A DNA stretch of 64,000 nt from an uncultured Hyphomonas sp. (GTDB taxonomy: Bacteria > Pseudomonadota > Alphaproteobacteria > Caulobacterales > Hyphomonadaceae), in NCBI RefSeq assembly GCF_963976075.1, contig NZ_CAXBJH010000001.1. One strand, written 5' to 3'. Positions 27,982-38,055 of this stretch are shown one piece after another. The translations under genes and the position numbers were made by a program. How positions within the stretch are numbered: position 1 is the stretch's first letter; the number at the start of each line of letters is the position of its first letter. Below the pieces are notes generated by a model. It saw only the letters and a list, made by a program, of their open reading frames with translations. It did no database searches and was not told where the DNA came from.

Positions 27982-28620
27982 TCATGTTTCCTCCGGTTTC
28001 GTTTCCTCGTCGGCAGTGTTGTCCTGCCGTGTTTTATTCTTTCCCCAGCCGGTGAAGCGCTGCAGCTGCTCCATCCGGTCTTCGGCGTCGCGCAGGCCCT
28101 TGTCGAGCGCAGCCATGGTGCGCGCGAAATCTCCGCTGGTTTCCTTGCGCCAGGCGCGTTCAGCCTTGGCAATCACATAGCCGATGGCGACGGATTTGAG
28201 GCCCACCGGTGCGCCGGAGCGATTGTCGAGGCCGGCCGAAACGAGCGCCCAGTCCGCACTGCGCTTGCGGGCCAGCGGCAGAGTGAGCAAGAGCGAGGGT
28301 GTACGGTCGCGATAAGCCATCAGGGACATGAGGCCGGCGCGAGATTCTTCCATCGCCTCGAAGCGCAGCATGATGACATCGAACAGGCGTTCACGCGGGA
28401 TTTCGTCGCGCGATGCCCCCTCTTCCGACATGGCCTTGTCGAAATAGGGGTCGGCATGTGCGGCAAGGTCATCCTTGCCGGCAAGGCCATGAAACTCTGA
28501 CAGGGGAATGTCGGCAGCGCCTGCAATGTCTGCGAGCGTCAGATCGGCCCAGGCCGTCTCGGCGGCGAGACCCAGGGCGGCGAGCAGGCCTTTATCCAGT
28601 ATGCCTGCCTGCATCGTCAT
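27982..28620 (-). CDS. TetR/COQ9-like helical protein
   Basis: N-terminal HTH (LTLADIA.AA.I.LSE); RERLFDVIM.RFEAM; TMA.LD..L. Confidence 0.7.
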   Translation of the reverse strand: MTMQAGILDKGLLAALGLAAETAWADLTLADIAGAADIPLSEFHGLAGKDDLAAHADPYFDKAMSEEGASRDEIPRERLFDVIMLRFEAMEESRAGLMSLMAYRDRTPSLLLTLPLARKRSADWALVSAGLDNRSGAPVGLKSVAIGYVIAKAERAWRKETSGDFARTMAALDKGLRDAEDRMEQLQRFTGWGKNKTRQDNTADEETKPEET

Positions 28621-28634
28621 CTGATCGTTGTCCT

Positions 28635-29444
28635 CTAATCCGGCTCTCTGGAAAGCTCCCGGTCGCGGGTAACAGCGGCGCGCAGGGCCTTCCTCATCAA
28701 GATAGGCATCCCACCGTCATCCATGAGGATGTCAAGGGCGGCCTGGGTGATGCCGCCGGGGGAAGTGACCATTTTTCTGAGTTCGTTCGGGGTCTGTCCG
28801 GATTGCTCCATCAGGGCCGCCGCGCCGATGATCGTCTCGATGGCAAGGCGTGCGGCCATGTCCTTGGGCACGCCTTCGGCCTCGCCGGCCTCGGCCATCA
28901 CTTCTGCCAGCAGGAAGACATAGGCCGGGCCGCAGCCGGAAATGCCGGTCGCGGCAACCATGGTCTTTTCGTCCATCGGGCCTTCCACGAGGCCGAGCGG
29001 GGTGAGCAGCTTGCGGGCCGCCTCGATGTCAGCCGCGTCCAGAGACGAGGCCACCGACAGCAGCGTGACGCCCTTGCCGATGGAACCGGGTGTGTTCGGC
29101 ATCGCGCGGATGACATGCGGCGTGCCGAGCCGGTCTTCGAGCTGGCTCAGCTTGACGCCGCCCATTACGGACACGACCAAAGTCTTCTCGCCGATGAACT
29201 CCTTCACGCCTTCTGCGGCGCGGGCGAATTGCTGGGGCTTGATGCCCAGAACGACAATATCGGCGGGAGCGGGCTCGGGGTTCAGCGTGATCTGGCCCGC
29301 CTCGGCCCATTCCCGAACTTGCGGGGTCGGGCGCGGCGCGATGATGGAAAGGTTCGGCTTTGCCCGACCGGACAGCCAGCCTGATGCGAGGGCGCCGCCC
29401 ATGCGGCCAGCCCCGATCAGGACAATCGATTGTGCCCCCGCCAC
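28635..29444 (-). CDS. proC: pyrroline-5-carboxylate reductase
   Basis: IGAGRMG, KPQ, RAMPNTP, SGCGPAY, VTSPGG.T. Confidence 0.96.
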   Translation of the reverse strand: MAGAQSIVLIGAGRMGGALASGWLSGRAKPNLSIIAPRPTPQVREWAEAGQITLNPEPAPADIVVLGIKPQQFARAAEGVKEFIGEKTLVVSVMGGVKLSQLEDRLGTPHVIRAMPNTPGSIGKGVTLLSVASSLDAADIEAARKLLTPLGLVEGPMDEKTMVAATGISGCGPAYVFLLAEVMAEAGEAEGVPKDMAARLAIETIIGAAALMEQSGQTPNELRKMVTSPGGITQAALDILMDDGGMPILMRKALRAAVTRDRELSREPD

Positions 29445-29454
29445 GCGCCGGGAC

Positions 29455-29958
29455 TCAGGCTTCGCCCTGGGTTTCGAACATGACCGCGTCGATGGCCTCG
29501 CGCGGGCTCTTGCCGGCCCAGATCAGGAAGTTGAAGGCCGGCACGAACCGGTCCACGGCGCTCACAGCTGCCGCGATGGTGGAGCGGATTTCGCCCAGAG
29601 AGGCTTCGTCCCGGTCCATCATGGAGAAGGTATAGCGGAAGATCACGACGCCTTCGTCGGCCCAGTAATCGAAATGGCCGAGCCAGAGACGCTCATTCGC
29701 CATGATAATCAGCTCGGACAGCTGGCGGCGCTTGTCGGCAACCGGCTTGATGTCGAGTGTGACAGAAAAGTGGATCGCCGCAGGCTCGGGACGAAACGCA
29801 AACAATGCGCCCATATCGCCCCAGCGGGTCTCGGCCACGGCCTGGATTGTCCCCTCTTCATCGCGTTCGTGTTGCCACCCTGCGATTTCGAGCGCCTCTT
29901 CGACGCGGTCGAGCGGATCAATCCCTTCGAATTCTTCGCGTGAAAGATCAAGGCTCAT
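29455..29958 (-). CDS. YbjN-domain protein
   Basis: NERLWLGHFD.W..EG.V.FR and P.EA.....FET.GEA, in the usual proC-adjacent position. Confidence 0.85.
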   Translation of the reverse strand: MSLDLSREEFEGIDPLDRVEEALEIAGWQHERDEEGTIQAVAETRWGDMGALFAFRPEPAAIHFSVTLDIKPVADKRRQLSELIIMANERLWLGHFDYWADEGVVIFRYTFSMMDRDEASLGEIRSTIAAAVSAVDRFVPAFNFLIWAGKSPREAIDAVMFETQGEA

Positions 29959-30087
29959 GAAAGTCTCCCCTTCTTTCTGAAGTCATGGACACAGGATTCG
30001 TGCCCAATGGCCATCCCCGTTGAAACGCGGCAACACGCCCGCGTCCACCCTGATCAACAGGTAGGCAGATAAAGTCTGTGGGTTGCG

Positions 30088-30339
30088 CTATTTGGATTTT
30101 GCGGCCGTTTCGAGCTCTGCCACACGCGCTTCCAGCGCTTCGACACGCTCCAGCGCCGCCGTGGCAAGCGTCTTCAGCGCCTCGACTTCGTCGCGGCCCG
30201 CCAAGTCCATATCGGCGATCAGGCCCTTCACCCGGGCTTGCGCTGCGGTCTTCGCTTCTTCGCTTGCGGCCCGCGCAGCGCCCATTGCACCGGTCATCAG
30301 GCCGGCAATGTCATCTAGCAGTGGATTTGTTGTGGCCAT
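30088..30339 (-). CDS. UbiK/BMFP-family accessory factor
   Basis: LDD.A.LMTGA.G...DL..R.E.E.L...A......E.LEAR...LE coiled coil; GGAG RBS. Confidence 0.85.
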   Translation of the reverse strand: MATTNPLLDDIAGLMTGAMGAARAASEEAKTAAQARVKGLIADMDLAGRDEVEALKTLATAALERVEALEARVAELETAAKSK

Positions 30340-30423
30340 GCGGCTACTCCTTCGCGGCATCGGGCGGACAGGTTTGGTTCCCCTAACAGATAGGTCCTTA
30401 TCCATACAGGGAAAAGACGCTGC

Positions 30424-31380
30424 ATGCTGGATATGATGAGCTTCGCCGCACCCCTTCTGCCCGCCGCGGCGCTGACCTTTCCGGATGTCAGCCCGGCGCT
30501 GGTGTCGATTGACCTCGGCTTCCTCGGGCTCGGCACCTTCCATTTGCGCTGGTACGCGCTCGGCTACATGGCCGGCATCGCGCTCGCCTGGTGGTATGCC
30601 AGCACCATGATCCGGCGCCCGCGCCTGTTCGGCGGCAAAAGCCCGCTGACCAAGGACCAGCTCGACGACATCATGTTCTGGATCATTGTCGGCATCATCC
30701 TCGGCGGACGCTTCGGCTATGTCCTGTTCTACATGGTGCCCTACCAGTTCGACGTGATCGCAGCGAACCCGCTGACCATCTTCAAGATCTGGGATGGCGG
30801 CATGGCGTTTCATGGCGGCATTCTGGGCGTTACAATCGCGCTTATCCTGTTCGCGCGCCGTCGCAAAGTGTCACTGCTTTCCATCGGCGACATTGCCGGC
30901 GTGGTCGCGCCGATCGGCATCGGCCTCGTCCGCCTCGCCAATTTCGTGAACGCCGAACTCTATGGCCGCCACACCGACGCGCCCATCGGCATGGTCTTCC
31001 CGGAAGGCTACGTGCGCGGCTCCACGCCTCCTGCCTATAATTGGGAAACCGGCGAATGGGTCAGCACCGGATTTGAGACAGCACGCCATCCGAGCCAGCT
31101 GTATGAAAGTGTGCTGGAAGGCTGGCTGCCGCTGCTTGTGCTATCGGTCCTGATCTGGCGCTTCGGCGCGCTGAAGCGCCCCGGCCTCGTCGCCGGCCTG
31201 TTCCTGCTGATGTATGCTGCGGGCCGCACCATCGTCGAAAATTTCCGTATGCCGGACAGTTTCGCGACCAGCCTGCCGGACTGGATCACGATGGGCCAGC
31301 TGCTTTCCATCCCGATGTGGATCGGCGGCATCTGGCTGGTCTGGAATGCGCTGAAGAAAAAGCCTGCGACTGCGGACTGA
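30424..31380 (+). CDS. lgt: prolipoprotein diacylglyceryl transferase
   Basis: RWYAL.Y, GGRFGYV.FY, W.GGM.FHGG, R.ANF.N.EL.GR, RHPSQLYE. Confidence 0.97.
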   Translation: MLDMMSFAAPLLPAAALTFPDVSPALVSIDLGFLGLGTFHLRWYALGYMAGIALAWWYASTMIRRPRLFGGKSPLTKDQLDDIMFWIIVGIILGGRFGYVLFYMVPYQFDVIAANPLTIFKIWDGGMAFHGGILGVTIALILFARRRKVSLLSIGDIAGVVAPIGIGLVRLANFVNAELYGRHTDAPIGMVFPEGYVRGSTPPAYNWETGEWVSTGFETARHPSQLYESVLEGWLPLLVLSVLIWRFGALKRPGLVAGLFLLMYAAGRTIVENFRMPDSFATSLPDWITMGQLLSIPMWIGGIWLVWNALKKKPATAD

Positions 31381-31387
31381 TCTGCCC

Positions 31388-32434
31388 ATGACCCTCAAGG
31401 AACGCATCATCCGCCTGATCGAAACCGGCGGCCCCATCCCGGTTTCAACTTACATGCAACTCGCCCTGCATGACGCCAGCCAAGGCTATTACGCCACGCG
31501 CCCCGGCCTCGGCACGGATTTCATTACGGCGCCGGAAGTCAGCCAGGTATTCGGCGAACTGATCGGCCTGTGGGTCGTGCATGAATGGCGGACCATGGGC
31601 GCACCGTCCGACTTCCATCTCGTTGAAATCGGTCCCGGTCGTGGCACGCTGATGGCGGATGCGCTGCGCCTCGCCTATGTCGCGGGCGACCGCGAGTTTG
31701 CCGATGCCGCCAAACTCACCCTCGTCGAGCCGAGCCCGGAATTGCGCAAGGTGCAGGCCGAGCGTCTCAGCGATTATACGCCGTCCTTTGCCGATACGCT
31801 CGGCAATGTGCCCGCCGGGCCGATGATCCTGGTCGCGAATGAATATCTCGACTGCCTGCCCGCCCGCCAGTTCCGCAAGGCGGAGGACCAATGGCGTGAA
31901 TGCGTGGTCGGGCTGGATGCGGACGGGGCGCTGGCCTTCGGCCTCGCCGCCGACGAGCAGCGCGCCCCCGATGGCGCCGCCGAAACATCAGAGGCGGTCG
32001 AGGTCCAGATCGGCTTCGACCTGTTGATTGCAGACCTCCTCACCCGCCCCGCGCCGATGCGCGCGCTGTTCATCGATTACGGCCCCGCCGATGCCACGCC
32101 GGGCGACAGCCTCCGCGCCTTCAGCCAGGGCAAGCAGGTCTCCCCCCTCGCCCAGCCGGGCGAGACCGATTTGACCGTGGACGTTGATTTCGGTCGCCTG
32201 AAACGGCTCGCTGCCCGCATGGGACTGGATGTGGCCGGGCCGACACCGCAGGGCATGTTCCTGATGGGGCTCGGCGCGCAGGCCCGTCTCAACCAGCTGG
32301 TCGAGGCCAACCCGGACCATGCCGACGCGATCTTCAACAATGCCCAGCGGCTGATCGACCCGAAAGACATGGGCAGCCGCTTCAAGGCGATCTGCCTGTC
32401 GAGTAGCGGCCTGCCCGCGCCGGTTGGGTTCTAG
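31388..32434 (+). CDS. SAM-dependent methyltransferase, MidA/NDUFAF7 family
   Basis: GYY..R...G.DF.TAPE.SQ.FGE, VEIGPGRG.L, ANE..D.LP, DLT.DVDF. Confidence 0.92.
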   Translation: MTLKERIIRLIETGGPIPVSTYMQLALHDASQGYYATRPGLGTDFITAPEVSQVFGELIGLWVVHEWRTMGAPSDFHLVEIGPGRGTLMADALRLAYVAGDREFADAAKLTLVEPSPELRKVQAERLSDYTPSFADTLGNVPAGPMILVANEYLDCLPARQFRKAEDQWRECVVGLDADGALAFGLAADEQRAPDGAAETSEAVEVQIGFDLLIADLLTRPAPMRALFIDYGPADATPGDSLRAFSQGKQVSPLAQPGETDLTVDVDFGRLKRLAARMGLDVAGPTPQGMFLMGLGAQARLNQLVEANPDHADAIFNNAQRLIDPKDMGSRFKAICLSSSGLPAPVGF

Positions 32435-32440
32435 GCGCCC

Positions 32441-34402
32441 CTACTCGGCTTCGGCGCCGATGTGCTGGTCCACGAAGCTGGCCATCGCGCCCAACGCTTC
32501 AATTCGCGTATCGCCATCCGACATCCAGTGATCCTCACCTTCCAGTTCGAGGAAGGTGACGCTCTTGCCGGCTCTCTTCAGCGCATCTTCCATAATGCGG
32601 CTTTGCTTGATCGGCACCACAAGGTCGTCCTTGCCGTGGATCAGCAGGACAGGCGCCGTGAAATTTTCCGCTGCATTGGCCGGAGAGATCGCATCGAGCT
32701 TTTCACGCTCAGCCTGGGGATCCCCGATCACCTCATGCCAATAGTCGAGCACCCAGTGATTCTTGCCAAGATCCCATCTCTCATCGCTCAGCATACGTCT
32801 CAAATCCGTCACCGGCGCAATCGCCACGACACATTTGTAGAGATCCGGCGTATAGGCGCCGCCCGCCAAGGCGGAGTATCCACCATAGCTGGCGCCGACA
32901 ATGCAGACGCGATCCGGATCGGCCAGTCCCTCCTTCACGAGCATGTTGACGCCGTCCGTGACATCATCCTGCATCTTGAGGCCCCACTCGCCATGCCCAA
33001 GCTCTTCAAACTCGTTGCCATAGCCGGTCGATCCACGAAAATTCGGTTGCAGCACGAGATAGCCGCGATTGGCGAAGTATTGTGCCCGCCAGTGAAAGCC
33101 AACGCCGCTGTACGAGGCGGGCCCGCCATGCGGCATCACGATAAGGGGCAAATTGTTTGCTGACGCCAGGTCCACACCGGCTGGCCACGTCACGATGGCG
33201 GGGATTTTCAATCCGTCCCGCGCGACATAGCTGACGGCAACGGCTTGGCCGAGCGCGTCAGGCGGGATGTTGTCCCGCGTGTCTGCAATCAATGTCAGGG
33301 CACCGGTGGTCCGGTCCTGCAGCACAAAGCTGCCCGGCGTGTCGCTCGCATAAAACCTGTACAGGATTTTGGTCCAGTCATCGCTCCAGGAATCGACATG
33401 GATCGCAGCATTCGGGAACCGGGCCACGACCTCCGCCACCGCAGCATCGACCTCCGGATCAAAAAACTTGTAGGCGGGAACCGCACCCGAATATCTCACG
33501 CCCACCATGAAGCGGTTGCCATCGGTATAAACGCCCTGAATATCGGCGTCGTCTCGCTCGAGATTCGCGGATGTTATGTTTCCCGAGAAATCCATTTCAT
33601 AGAGTTCGTTGAAGCCGGTTTCGCTGTCAGTATCATCCATGATGATCAGTCCAGACCGGTCCGGTTTCACCCCTATGAGAGAGAAAGGTATCCGCGGAGA
33701 CTCCGCCTCGTATACGAGTTCACGGTTGCCATTGATATAGGTGTAGATCTTGTACGCATCATACTGGTTGTTGTAATCCTCTCGGGCGAGCACGGTGCCG
33801 TCAGTGTCCACGAACCAGTCGATCGTGTCACCATTCCCACTCTTGAAGCGGCGCCCCTTCCCCGTCTTCATATTGACCCGCAATAGACTGTAGTTCGGGT
33901 CGGAATACCGGTCCCCCATCCAGGCTGGCATGAATATGTAGCCCGACTCATCATCATGGCCGACAATTTTACCGAGCCCGCCCTGCGCTGGATAAATGTT
34001 ATCCGTTCCACGCAACAGGAATTTGAGCTTCTTGGTTTTCAGATTGTATCCATACGCACCTGAATACAGGAATTCGCCGCGATATCCCGGCACGAATTTC
34101 GTGTCAGACGCTCGGATAATAATATTCTCACTGTCCGCAAAAAAGACGCCTCGCGTTTCGACCTCGTCGATATTGAGCAGGTAAGTCCTCTCCTTCGTGA
34201 CGGTGTCGAACAGCGCCACGTAGTCGGCCCCTTCATGGCGTTGAACATACGCAACCTTCGAACCATCCGGAGAGATGTCCATGTACCGGATTGAGGGCAG
34301 GTCTCCATAAGCCTCCAAGGGCGGGTGGGTTACCTCGGCGCTGGCCGTACTGAAGCCAAAGCCGAGCCATGCCGCCAGAACGGCCAGGACAAATACTCTC
34401 AT
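32441..34402 (-). CDS. S9 (prolyl oligopeptidase-family) exported peptidase
   Basis: Signal peptide, PHGGP, NFRGS.G.G, GASYGGY (Ser), HG.DD, EDH; start at ATG 34402. Confidence 0.93.
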   Translation of the reverse strand: MRVFVLAVLAAWLGFGFSTASAEVTHPPLEAYGDLPSIRYMDISPDGSKVAYVQRHEGADYVALFDTVTKERTYLLNIDEVETRGVFFADSENIIIRASDTKFVPGYRGEFLYSGAYGYNLKTKKLKFLLRGTDNIYPAQGGLGKIVGHDDESGYIFMPAWMGDRYSDPNYSLLRVNMKTGKGRRFKSGNGDTIDWFVDTDGTVLAREDYNNQYDAYKIYTYINGNRELVYEAESPRIPFSLIGVKPDRSGLIIMDDTDSETGFNELYEMDFSGNITSANLERDDADIQGVYTDGNRFMVGVRYSGAVPAYKFFDPEVDAAVAEVVARFPNAAIHVDSWSDDWTKILYRFYASDTPGSFVLQDRTTGALTLIADTRDNIPPDALGQAVAVSYVARDGLKIPAIVTWPAGVDLASANNLPLIVMPHGGPASYSGVGFHWRAQYFANRGYLVLQPNFRGSTGYGNEFEELGHGEWGLKMQDDVTDGVNMLVKEGLADPDRVCIVGASYGGYSALAGGAYTPDLYKCVVAIAPVTDLRRMLSDERWDLGKNHWVLDYWHEVIGDPQAEREKLDAISPANAAENFTAPVLLIHGKDDLVVPIKQSRIMEDALKRAGKSVTFLELEGEDHWMSDGDTRIEALGAMASFVDQHIGAEAE

Positions 34403-34566
34403 GAAGAACCTCCCCGAAGTTTCCGGGCAGGCTATTTTGGATGGAATGGAGAGGCAATGCCTCAACTGCCCCGGTGCGGCTTATTCTCCCTTCCGCTGCG
34501 AAAGACAGGCTTGGCTTTGACGGCGCGGTCCCCATGTCTTGGGAACGCAATGCAGAGGGCTTTGAT

Positions 34567-35550
34567 GTGGCTGAACTTTCGATCCTGGAACTCGGACGCG
34601 TGCGCGAGGGCTTTACCCGCGCCGATGCCCTGAATGAGGCCCGCCGGCTTGCCCAGCATGCCGAGACATGGGGCTACAAGCGGCTCTGGGTCGCCGAGCA
34701 TCACAATATGCGGGCCGTCACCACGGCGGCGACCTCGCTGGTCGTCTCGCATATCGCGGCTGGCACGAAGACGATCCGCGTCGGCGCTGGCGGCATCATG
34801 CTGCCCAATCACGCGCCCTATATCATCGCCGAACAGTTCGGCACGCTGGAGGCGCTCTATCCGGGCCGCATCGACCTCGGCCTTGGCCGCGCCCCCGGCA
34901 CGGACCAGATGACCCTCCGCGCCCTGCGGCGTGACCCGACCAGCGCCGACCGTTTCCCACAGGATGTTCTGGAACTGCAGGCCTTTCTCGGTCCGGTCGA
35001 GCCCGGCCAGAAGATCGAGGCTGTGCCCGGCTCCAATTCGAATGTCCCGCTCTGGATCCTCGGCTCCAGCCTTTTCGGCGCGCAGGTCGCGGCCGCCTAT
35101 GGCCTGCCCTATGGCTTTGCCTCCCATTTCGCCCCGCAGGCGCTGGATGATGCGCTGGCTACCTATCGCGCCAACTTCCAGCCATCAGATCAGCAGAAGA
35201 CCCCCTATGCCCTGATCGGGGTGAACATCATTGCGGCGGAAACGAATGAGGAAGCGAAATTTCTCGCGACCTCACAGCAGATGTCGTTCGCGAACCTCGT
35301 GCGCGGCGACCGCAAGCTGACCCAGCCGCCCATCGACGACATCGACACATACTGGACGCCGGAAGAGAAACTGCGCGCTTCCCACATGCTGAATTTCAGC
35401 ATCATCGGCGACCGCGAGACGGTGAAACGCGGCGTCGACGCCCTGCTTGCGCGCACAAACGCTGACGAGTTGATGATCGTGTCCGACATGTATGATCCGG
35501 ACAAGCGCCTGCGCTCCTTCGAGATCATCTCGGAGGTTCTGAAGGGCTGA
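34567..35550 (+). CDS. luciferase-like (LLM class) flavin monooxygenase
   Basis: W.AEHHN, GAGGIMLPNH.P...AEQFGTL, GRIDLGLGRAPG; GTG start at 34567 (ATG at 34534 is the alternative). Confidence 0.92.
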   Translation: MAELSILELGRVREGFTRADALNEARRLAQHAETWGYKRLWVAEHHNMRAVTTAATSLVVSHIAAGTKTIRVGAGGIMLPNHAPYIIAEQFGTLEALYPGRIDLGLGRAPGTDQMTLRALRRDPTSADRFPQDVLELQAFLGPVEPGQKIEAVPGSNSNVPLWILGSSLFGAQVAAAYGLPYGFASHFAPQALDDALATYRANFQPSDQQKTPYALIGVNIIAAETNEEAKFLATSQQMSFANLVRGDRKLTQPPIDDIDTYWTPEEKLRASHMLNFSIIGDRETVKRGVDALLARTNADELMIVSDMYDPDKRLRSFEIISEVLKG

Positions 35551-35577
35551 ATTCAATGGGTGCGGGTCAGGCCCGGA

Positions 35578-35934
35578 TCAGACGGGACGCTTGATCTCGT
35601 TATTGTCGCCCAGCAGCACAACAGTCGGGGCATGCTGGCGCGCCTTGTCGGCGTCGACGCCGGCAAAGGCCGCGATGATGACCTTGTCGCCAGCCGCAAA
35701 GTGGCGGGCAGCCGCGCCGTTAACACCGATGGTCCTGGAGCCACGCGGCGCTTCAAGGGCATAGGTTTGGATGCGGGCGCCATTGGTGACGTTCCAGATA
35801 TCCACGCGCTCATTCGGCAGGATGCCCGAAGCGTCGAGCAGGTCCTGGTCAATCGAGACCGAGCCTTCATAGTGAAGGTCGCACTGCGTGACGGTTGCAG
35901 AATGCAGTTTGGCTTTCAGCATGTTGAGCAACAA
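35578..35934 (-). CDS. panD: aspartate 1-decarboxylase
   Basis: LKAKLH.A.VT..DL.YEG|S.SID, NG.R..TY, NGAAAR. Confidence 0.97.
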   Translation of the reverse strand: MLLNMLKAKLHSATVTQCDLHYEGSVSIDQDLLDASGILPNERVDIWNVTNGARIQTYALEAPRGSRTIGVNGAAARHFAAGDKVIIAAFAGVDADKARQHAPTVVLLGDNNEIKRPV

Positions 35935-35971
35935 GGATGTATCCTCCCGGATTTATTTTATGAGCGCTTAA

Positions 35972-35992
35972 TTATGCTCACAATGAGCATAT
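35972..35992. promoter_or_regulatory. NadQ-like palindromic operator over the panD promoter
   Basis: TATGCTCA-CAA-TGAGCATA; overlaps the -10 of a minus-strand TTGCGC-N17-TATATG promoter. Confidence 0.6.
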
Positions 35993-36165
35993 AGGAAGAC
36001 CCACGGCCTTGCGCAAGGCGCTTATTGCATTGCAGCAAATGTGAGTAAAGACGGTATTGGACGTTGCCGGCTCCCCTTCCCGCGAGGTCAGGTCATGGTG
36101 CCGCTCACATACGCCTCACCCGCGAAATCTGTCTCAAAATGGCTCGCTTTGCGCGAATCCGTCTG

Positions 36166-36180
36166 TTAACAATCTTTAAC
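36166..36180. promoter_or_regulatory. TTAA-N6-TTAAC box with an adjacent GANTC
   Basis: TTAA-CAATCT-TTAAC 20 nt upstream of the lipoprotein start; GAATC at 36155. Confidence 0.5.
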
Positions 36181-36200
36181 GCTGGGGAGAGACAAAGGGG

Positions 36201-37547
36201 ATGAATGGCATGAAACAGGTGTCTGCAGGCGGTATTGTAATCGCCATGATCTTGGCGGGGTGCGCCTCAAGTCCGGAGCCGGCCCCGGCCTCTCCGCCCC
36301 CCGCAACTGGGCAGGCTCCGAATGGCCCCGTGCGCGGCATTCCCAATCCGAGCGATGATGATTTCCTCGGCGCGCCAACCCCGACCGTACGTCGTCATAC
36401 CGGCCGTGCCAGCACCGGCGCCGTACCCGCCAAGGACTATCTCCCCTACATTGATGTCGCGATTGACGAGTCGGCCGTTTATTCCGAGTTCGGAGACATG
36501 TTGCAGGACCGCTATACCCGCATCCAGATCGTCACGCTGAAGCCTGACGCCTATGACATGGAGGGGGTCACATCCGGTGTCCGCAGCCAGGAAGTCGAGG
36601 CACGCAATTATGACAAGGAAAGCCGGGGCTGGCTCTCCCGCATGATGTCATCGCGCAGCATCACCCGCACACTGATCGCCGAATTCGACGTCGCCAAGCC
36701 CGACATCACGGCAACCAATGCGCTATTCTCGTCTACCTTTTCCTCAAACAACCGCGAAGGTGAGAGCTGGACGACGAATGAGAGCATTTCGGTCTATGCC
36801 ACGCCCTATTTCAAGGTAGGCCCGAACACGACCATCGAGGCGCGCTTTCGCCTTCAGTTGTCGGATGAAAAGGAATCCTCTGCCAGCGCGAATGTGATGG
36901 GCGCGCTGACCACGGCGGCGAATTTGATTGCACCGACCTCCACACTGGTGACCTACTTCAACGCACCGCTGATGATGGAAGCCTCCAACTTCCTGAACAA
37001 TTCGACCAGCACCCTGTTCGGTCAGTCGATCACGGAGCAATCGGTCAGCGCCTTTTCCGTGAAGGCCTGGAGCGACAAGCCGATCCTCGTTGTGTCGGCC
37101 CAATTGCCTGACACGGACGACATCAAGGATACGCGCGGCAAGGGCGCCATCGGCCAATGGGCCGTCTATCTTGACCAGCCCATCCCGTCGATCTTCACCG
37201 CCGGTGTCTCCGATGCAGGCTTTCCGGATTATACGGGCGTCACGTCCGGGGATATTCTGGCGTTCGATGTGGGCGAGGATCTCACCGTCTACGATTATGT
37301 CTTTTCCCGCCTCGATCTGGCAGACCGCATTTCATATTTGAACAATACGGCCGACCCGGACGTGGCCGGTCTGATCTGCAACCGGATCGAACGCGGCCTG
37401 TCCGAAATCGGCTTCACCTCCTATGACGCCGCCGCCGCGGTCTGGGCGGCGTCGGTCTCTGACCAGTTCAATGGCAACGCCAAGGCCGCTTTCCAGGGCG
37501 AGAACACTTGCGAAGCCATGATCCGCTGGAAAGCGCTCGGCGGCTGA
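36201..37547 (+). CDS. hypothetical lipoprotein (448 aa)
   Basis: Lipobox LAG-C, Pro-rich tether, coding-type codon usage; no recognised domain. Confidence 0.8.
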   Translation: MNGMKQVSAGGIVIAMILAGCASSPEPAPASPPPATGQAPNGPVRGIPNPSDDDFLGAPTPTVRRHTGRASTGAVPAKDYLPYIDVAIDESAVYSEFGDMLQDRYTRIQIVTLKPDAYDMEGVTSGVRSQEVEARNYDKESRGWLSRMMSSRSITRTLIAEFDVAKPDITATNALFSSTFSSNNREGESWTTNESISVYATPYFKVGPNTTIEARFRLQLSDEKESSASANVMGALTTAANLIAPTSTLVTYFNAPLMMEASNFLNNSTSTLFGQSITEQSVSAFSVKAWSDKPILVVSAQLPDTDDIKDTRGKGAIGQWAVYLDQPIPSIFTAGVSDAGFPDYTGVTSGDILAFDVGEDLTVYDYVFSRLDLADRISYLNNTADPDVAGLICNRIERGLSEIGFTSYDAAAAVWAASVSDQFNGNAKAAFQGENTCEAMIRWKALGG

Positions 37548-37553
37548 TCCGCC

Positions 37554-37967
37554 TCAGCCGAGAAGATGCGCCACCACGCGGCGCGTGTGCGGGGCATCCC
37601 GATGCTCGAACAGGTAAATGCCCTGCCACGTGCCGAGTGCCATACGCCCGCCGGAAACGGGGATCGAGAGCGAAGTCTGCGTCAGGGCCGCCTTGATATG
37701 GGCCGGCATGTCGTCCGGCCCCTCCGTGCGATGAACCAGATAGCTCATGGACGGGTCGTTGGCGGGCGGCGCGAGGCGGCGGAAGAAAGCCTGCAGATCG
37801 CGCTGTACGTCCGGATCGGCATTCTCCTGCACCAGCAGCGAACAGGATGTGTGCTGGCAGAACAGGGTCAGCAGGCCGTCGCCCTGCCCTGCCACGAAGC
37901 GCTCCACCTCGCGGGTGAACTCATAGAGGCCGGAACCCCGGGTCGGGATGGTGAGTTGGGTCTGCAT
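37554..37967 (-). CDS. YjbQ (UPF0047) family protein
   Basis: HTSCSL..QENADP.V..DL, H..EG.DDM.AHIK, LGTWQGIYLFEHR. Confidence 0.93.
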   Translation of the reverse strand: MQTQLTIPTRGSGLYEFTREVERFVAGQGDGLLTLFCQHTSCSLLVQENADPDVQRDLQAFFRRLAPPANDPSMSYLVHRTEGPDDMPAHIKAALTQTSLSIPVSGGRMALGTWQGIYLFEHRDAPHTRRVVAHLLG

Positions 37968-38055
37968 GCCCTCCGATTACCTTCCTCCGCCCGGGCGGGC
38001 AATCACTAGATGAGTTTCATGGGTGACGGGTCGGGCCCTGACCTGTATTTCAGAA

